A stretch of 53,965 nt of DNA from Prorocentrum cordatum (lineage: Eukaryota). The notes beneath the pieces are model-generated. The model searched no databases. It had not been told where the DNA came from and worked only from the letters and a program-made list of their open reading frames with translations. Shown one piece after another: positions 49,573-53,965 of this stretch (its first letter is position 1; the number at the start of each line of letters is the position of its first letter). The position numbers and the translations under genes are program-made. The stretch spans positions 62,001-115,965 of the forward strand of contig CAUYUJ010000278.1 of NCBI GenBank assembly GCA_963575745.1, in the 5' to 3' direction.

Positions 49573-49754
49573 AAGAAGGGCCCCCCGACAACGCCCCCGG
49601 GGCGCCCCGACATGAGCGCCCCGAGCGGCCCGAGGGCCCCCCGAGGCCGGCGGCGCGGCTGCGGCGCGCACCGCGTCCAGGCTTTTTGCTGAGGCCCCCC
49701 TTGGCCGTCCAGGAGGTCGCGAGGAGTGCTGCCTCTCCAGGCCTCGACGCCCGA

Positions 49755-49985
49755 TCCTCGAGCCTCGAGCCTCGGTGCTCGAGCCTCGAGCCTCGAGCCT
49801 CGGTGCTCGAGGCTCGGTGCTCGAGCCTCGAGCCTCGGTGCCTCGATCCTCGAGCCTCGAGCCTCGAGCCTCGGTGCGCGATCCTCGAGCCTCGAGCCTC
49901 GATCCTCGGTGCGCGATCCTCGACGCTCGAGCCTCGAGCCTCGAGCCTCGGTGCCTCGATCCTCGACGCTCGAGGCTCGAGGCTC
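49755..49985. repeat. 7-bp minisatellite (CTCGAGC)n
   Basis: Read directly. Confidence 0.88.
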
Positions 49986-50375
49986 GGTCCCTCCCGCGCG
50001 GCCGCGCCCCGGCGCCGCTCGCCCCGCGCGGCGGCCCTCGGGCCCCCGCCTCGGCCCCGAGGGCGCCGAGGATCTGGCCGGCGGGGTGGAGCAGACCTCC
50101 TCCTCCTCCTCCATCCTCCCTCCCTCCTCACTCCTCCTCCTCCTCCTCCTCCCCCTCCTCCTCCTCCTCCTCCTCCTCCTCCTCCCTCCTCCTCCTCCTC
50201 CTCCCTCCTCCCTCCTCCCCCTCCTCCTCCTCCTCCTCCTCCTCCTCCTCCTCCTCCTCCTCCTCCTCCTCGAGGTCCCTGGGGCGCGTTCGTCTATCCT
50301 CGGCGGTGGTGCTCCAGCCTCGGGATGCCCTCCGGCGGCTGCGCAGCGCGCCCAGACATCCGGCTGCTCCAGTTT

Positions 50376-50561
50376 CCCAGACCTCCTGGCGTCGCGAAAA
50401 AATCACGACGGGAGGTTTTTCGCTATGTTCGGCCTCCGGGGGCCCTCGCCGGGCCTCGGGCGCGTCAAAAAACGACTCAGGACGAAGAACCGGCCCCGGG
50501 GAAGGGGTCCAGACCTCTGGGGGTCGGCGTTGTGAAAAACTCACGACGTCGGGGGTCTGGG
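50376..50561 (-). mobile_element. 186-bp MITE
   Basis: Full-length copy. Fragments also at ~50627-50772, 50826-50915 and 52470-52545. Confidence 0.78.
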
Positions 50562-51449
50562 GGTGGAGCAGAGGCGGCCCGGGGGGAAGACGCCCAGATC
50601 CAAGACGCACGTGCGTCGAGGATGTTCCCAGACCCCCGCGCGTCGTCCAGAGATCCGACGCTCCAGCAGAATTGGGGCGCCGGGATGTTGGCCGTTTTCG
50701 GCCTCTGGGGACCTTCGCCGGGCCTCGGGAGCGTCAAAAAACGACTCAGGAAGTGGTCCAGACCCCCTGGGTCCACGCCCCACAAAAATTGGAGCAGCCG
50801 GATGTCTGGGAAATTCGAGGATGTTCCCAGACCCCCTCGCGTCGCGAAAAAATCACGACGGGAGGTCTTTCGCGATTTTCAGCCTCCGGGGGCCCCTCCC
50901 GGGCCTCGGGGCCGTCAACCCTGGAGGACACATCATTTCCCCAGCGGCAGCTGTATTCGGAAGGACCGCATGGTATCTAAATTTCCTCCCTGAATCATAT
51001 GTGTTGTACAGCGTTTTCGTACAGCAAATTTGATACGAATAGATATGTTTCAAAAATAGATACGTTTAGATACGATGATTTACTTCTTTAGATACGGGAA
51101 ACAGGTTTTCTTCTAAATGTTAGATACGTGATATTTTTTAGATACGAATAGATATACTTAGATATATGTAGATACGGTTCGATATGGCGCCCATCGTTGG
51201 AAAACATGTCTACCAAACATAGATACGAATAGATACGGCGCCGTGTCTCCTGCGCACGCCCACGATCGATCATTCTCGCTCGTCGCTCCTCTTGGATCCT
51301 CCTCATCCGCCCTCCTCGGTGCTCATTTTCTCTTCTCTTCTATCGCCACACCCTGAGTGAGGTTCTTGTTCCCCGCATCCTGAGTGGGGTTCTTGTTTTC
51401 CTAGAACCCCCTCTCCTGTTCCTTCTCCTCCTCCTTCTCCCGCCTCCCT

Positions 51450-51634
51450 ACTATACCGTTCCAATGCGTACCATGCCAATACCACGCCTACCTACCATAC
51501 CATACCATACCATACATACCACACCACACCTACCATACCATACCCACCATACCATACCGAACCTATTATACCAGACCGTACTTACCATATCATGCCATAC
51601 TACGCCATACCCACCAAACCTACTATACCATACC
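51450..51634. repeat. Degenerate (CCATA)n microsatellite
   Basis: Read directly. Confidence 0.85.
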
Positions 51635-52136
51635 TCTCCTCCTCCCCCTCGACTCCTTCTCCTCCTCGTCCTCCGCCTCCTCCTCGTCCTCCTCCTCCTC
51701 CTCCTGTTCCTCCTTCTACTTCCTCCTCCTCTTTGCTCTCCCCATCCTACGGTTCCCTTTTCCTACCCAGTTCTCTCCTAAATTTCGCTTCGTCGTTGTT
51801 ATCCATCCTGCTCCTCGTCGTTTTTGTCGTCGTCGCTCGTCTCCTCACTCCTCATCGCTACGGCATCCTACGATCCTCATCCCGTTGTTCATTGCTTCGA
51901 CCAATATCATAGATCTCGTTCGTGCCGGGAGCAGAACCAACTGTATCCGTTTTGACAAAAATAAATACGAATAGATACGGCGCGGCACTGCCACTGTTTG
52001 AACAATAGATACGAATAGATATGGGTTTCTGGAAGAAAAATAGATACGGTCCCACATTCTTAGATATGCTTGAAAAGTAGATACGTTTAGATACGGCGGC
52101 GCTCCCGCGCAGGCCGGGGGCGCGCATCTAAAAATA

Positions 52137-52350
52137 GTGTGTGTATGTATGTATGTATGTATGTATGTATGTATGTATGTATGTATGTATGTATGTATGT
52201 ATGTATGTGTGTGTATGTATGTATGTATGTATGTATGTATGTATGTATGTATGTATGTGTGTGTGTGTATGTATGTATGTATGTATGTATGTATGTATGT
52301 ATGTATGTATGTATGTATGTATGTATACACACACATATATATATATATAT
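52137..52350. repeat. (GTAT)n / (GT)n / (TA)n microsatellite
   Basis: Read directly. Confidence 0.97.
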
Positions 52351-53119
52351 TGTCGCCGTTGCAGAAAATAGATACGATGGGCTTCTCGCCCGCGCCAGGG
52401 CGCGATCGCATCTAAACGCATATTTTATGTTTAGATACGTCATCCAGGGAAGAAGCGGCTCAGGAGGAAAAGCCGGTCCCGGGGAAGGGGTCCAGACCTC
52501 TGGGGGTCGACGTTGTGAAAAAAAACACGACGTCGGGGGTCTGGGGAGGGGTTGCCGACATGGAGAGGTCACCGTGGCGACGCGCGAATGTTGCTACTGG
52601 AGCCGTCGGTGGAGCTCGCTATGGAGCCGCGAAGCGTGCGAGGAGTGCACCAGAATGACGCGGGGCCGCCGTGCGGACTTTGCCACTGGGGCCTTCGATG
52701 GAGCTCCCTATGGGGCCACGAAGCGTGCGAGGGGCGCGCCGAACTGTGGCAGGGCCGCTAACCATACTATTCCACTGCTATGATACTCCAACCTACTTTA
52801 CTTCATCACCAGGAAGAATTTCGAGCGTCAGAAGAAGTAACGAAACTCAAGGGTTTTCACGTGTCGGGCCATGGGAGACACTCGCCCGACACCGTTTCGA
52901 CACTGTCTCGACACTCCCTTGACACCTTTCCGGGTGCTCGAAATGATTTCTGGGATGGGGTCCTTAAGTGGGATGGGCACAGCATAATTCCACTGGGGGC
53001 TTCGGTGGAGCTCCCAGGAAGGGGTCCACGTTGTCGGGGGTCTGTCCCCCTACAGGGGGATTTTGGAGGAAAAATACAGCATAGTCAAACAATACTCCAA
53101 AATGGTCAAGACTTGCAAC

Positions 53120-53320
53120 GAAGGATTGCAACAAAAAACAGGATTGCAAAAAAACCCAGGATTGCAAAAAAACCCAGGATTGCAAAACAACCCAAGGATT
53201 GCAAAAAAGGATTGCAAAAAACAACCAGGATTGCAAAAAAACCCAGGATTGCAAAAAAAACAGGGTTTTTTTTGTAACCCCAGGGTTTTTTTTGCAATTC
53301 TTGGTTTTTTTTGCAATCCA
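53120..53320. repeat. ~18-bp repeats GGATTGCAAAAAAACCCA followed by inverted copies
   Basis: Read directly. Flanks (~53033-53065 and ~53320-53375) resemble the ends of the 161-bp MITE family. Confidence 0.8.
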
Positions 53321-53965
53321 TCGTCCCCAGACTATTTGTTTGACGATTGCTGAAGACCCCTCCTGCAGAGGGGCCACGGCGCTGTTCTGGAGGCCCACAG
53401 CGTCGGGGGCCTGGGCTCCTCGAGGGACGAGCGATGCCCCTCCTCCTCCTCCTCCTCCTCCTCCTCCTCCTCCTCCTCCTCCTCCTCCTCCTCCTCCTCC
53501 TCCTCCTCCTCCCCCCCTCGTTCTCCTCCTCCTCCTCCTCCTCCTCCGACGTCCGCGCGGAAGGCGTGGATCCGCGAGGGCCCCCCCCCCCTTGGCGCGC
53601 CAGGGGCCGCCCGGGAGCTCCCCGGCGCCGGTCCGAGAAAAATCCGCGCGGGCCTCGGGGCTATGGTTGTGTCGTCGTTTGGCCTTCCAGGCTCCACCGT
53701 GCCATTCGTCAGGGTCGGGGGGAAGGAGGGGGCCAGAGGGGCAGGAGGAGGAGGAGGAGGAGGAGGAAAAGGAGGAGGAGGAGGAGGAGGAGGAGGAGGA
53801 AAGGTGGTGGAGGGGGCCGTTCTTGTGCACGTGTTTGTTTGGTGCTGTCCCGTTCCTCTCGCCGTGATGTCGCCTGCCGTTCCTGTGCCCGCGCGCGCGC
53901 GGTCGGCCTGACGCTTCAGGCCTGCAGGGCCCAATAGCATGCGCAAGAAGAAAGGAAGGCGGGAG

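Overview
Repeat-rich, GC-rich eukaryotic DNA with TTTAGGG telomeric repeats. A dinoflagellate or alga is plausible, but the species is only an inference. Positions 1-36825 are a head-to-tail array of 13 elements from three families (6 A, 4 B, 3 C), each separated by a short (TTTAGGG)n tract. All copies of a family lie in the same orientation and meet the tracts at the GGG|TTT boundary. All 12 elements with a visible left end have a hairpin head followed by exactly two internal telomeric repeats, and every complete right end has a subterminal hairpin. One 15-kb family-A copy (12927-27894) carries a 6-kb 109-bp satellite and an intronless gene of about 1,790 codons (Zn-finger-like repeats + HUH Rep + PIF1 helicase, a Helitron-type RepHel) broken by one frameshift and one nonsense codon. 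The best reading is a telomere-specific rolling-circle (Helitron-like) transposon system with non-autonomous partners, building polarised telomeric arrays. The contig ends in telomeric repeats at a 100-N gap. Positions 36926-53965 are a non-coding mosaic of MITEs, foldbacks, minisatellites and (GGA)n tracts with no credible genes. Nearly all ORFs in the track are repeat translations.
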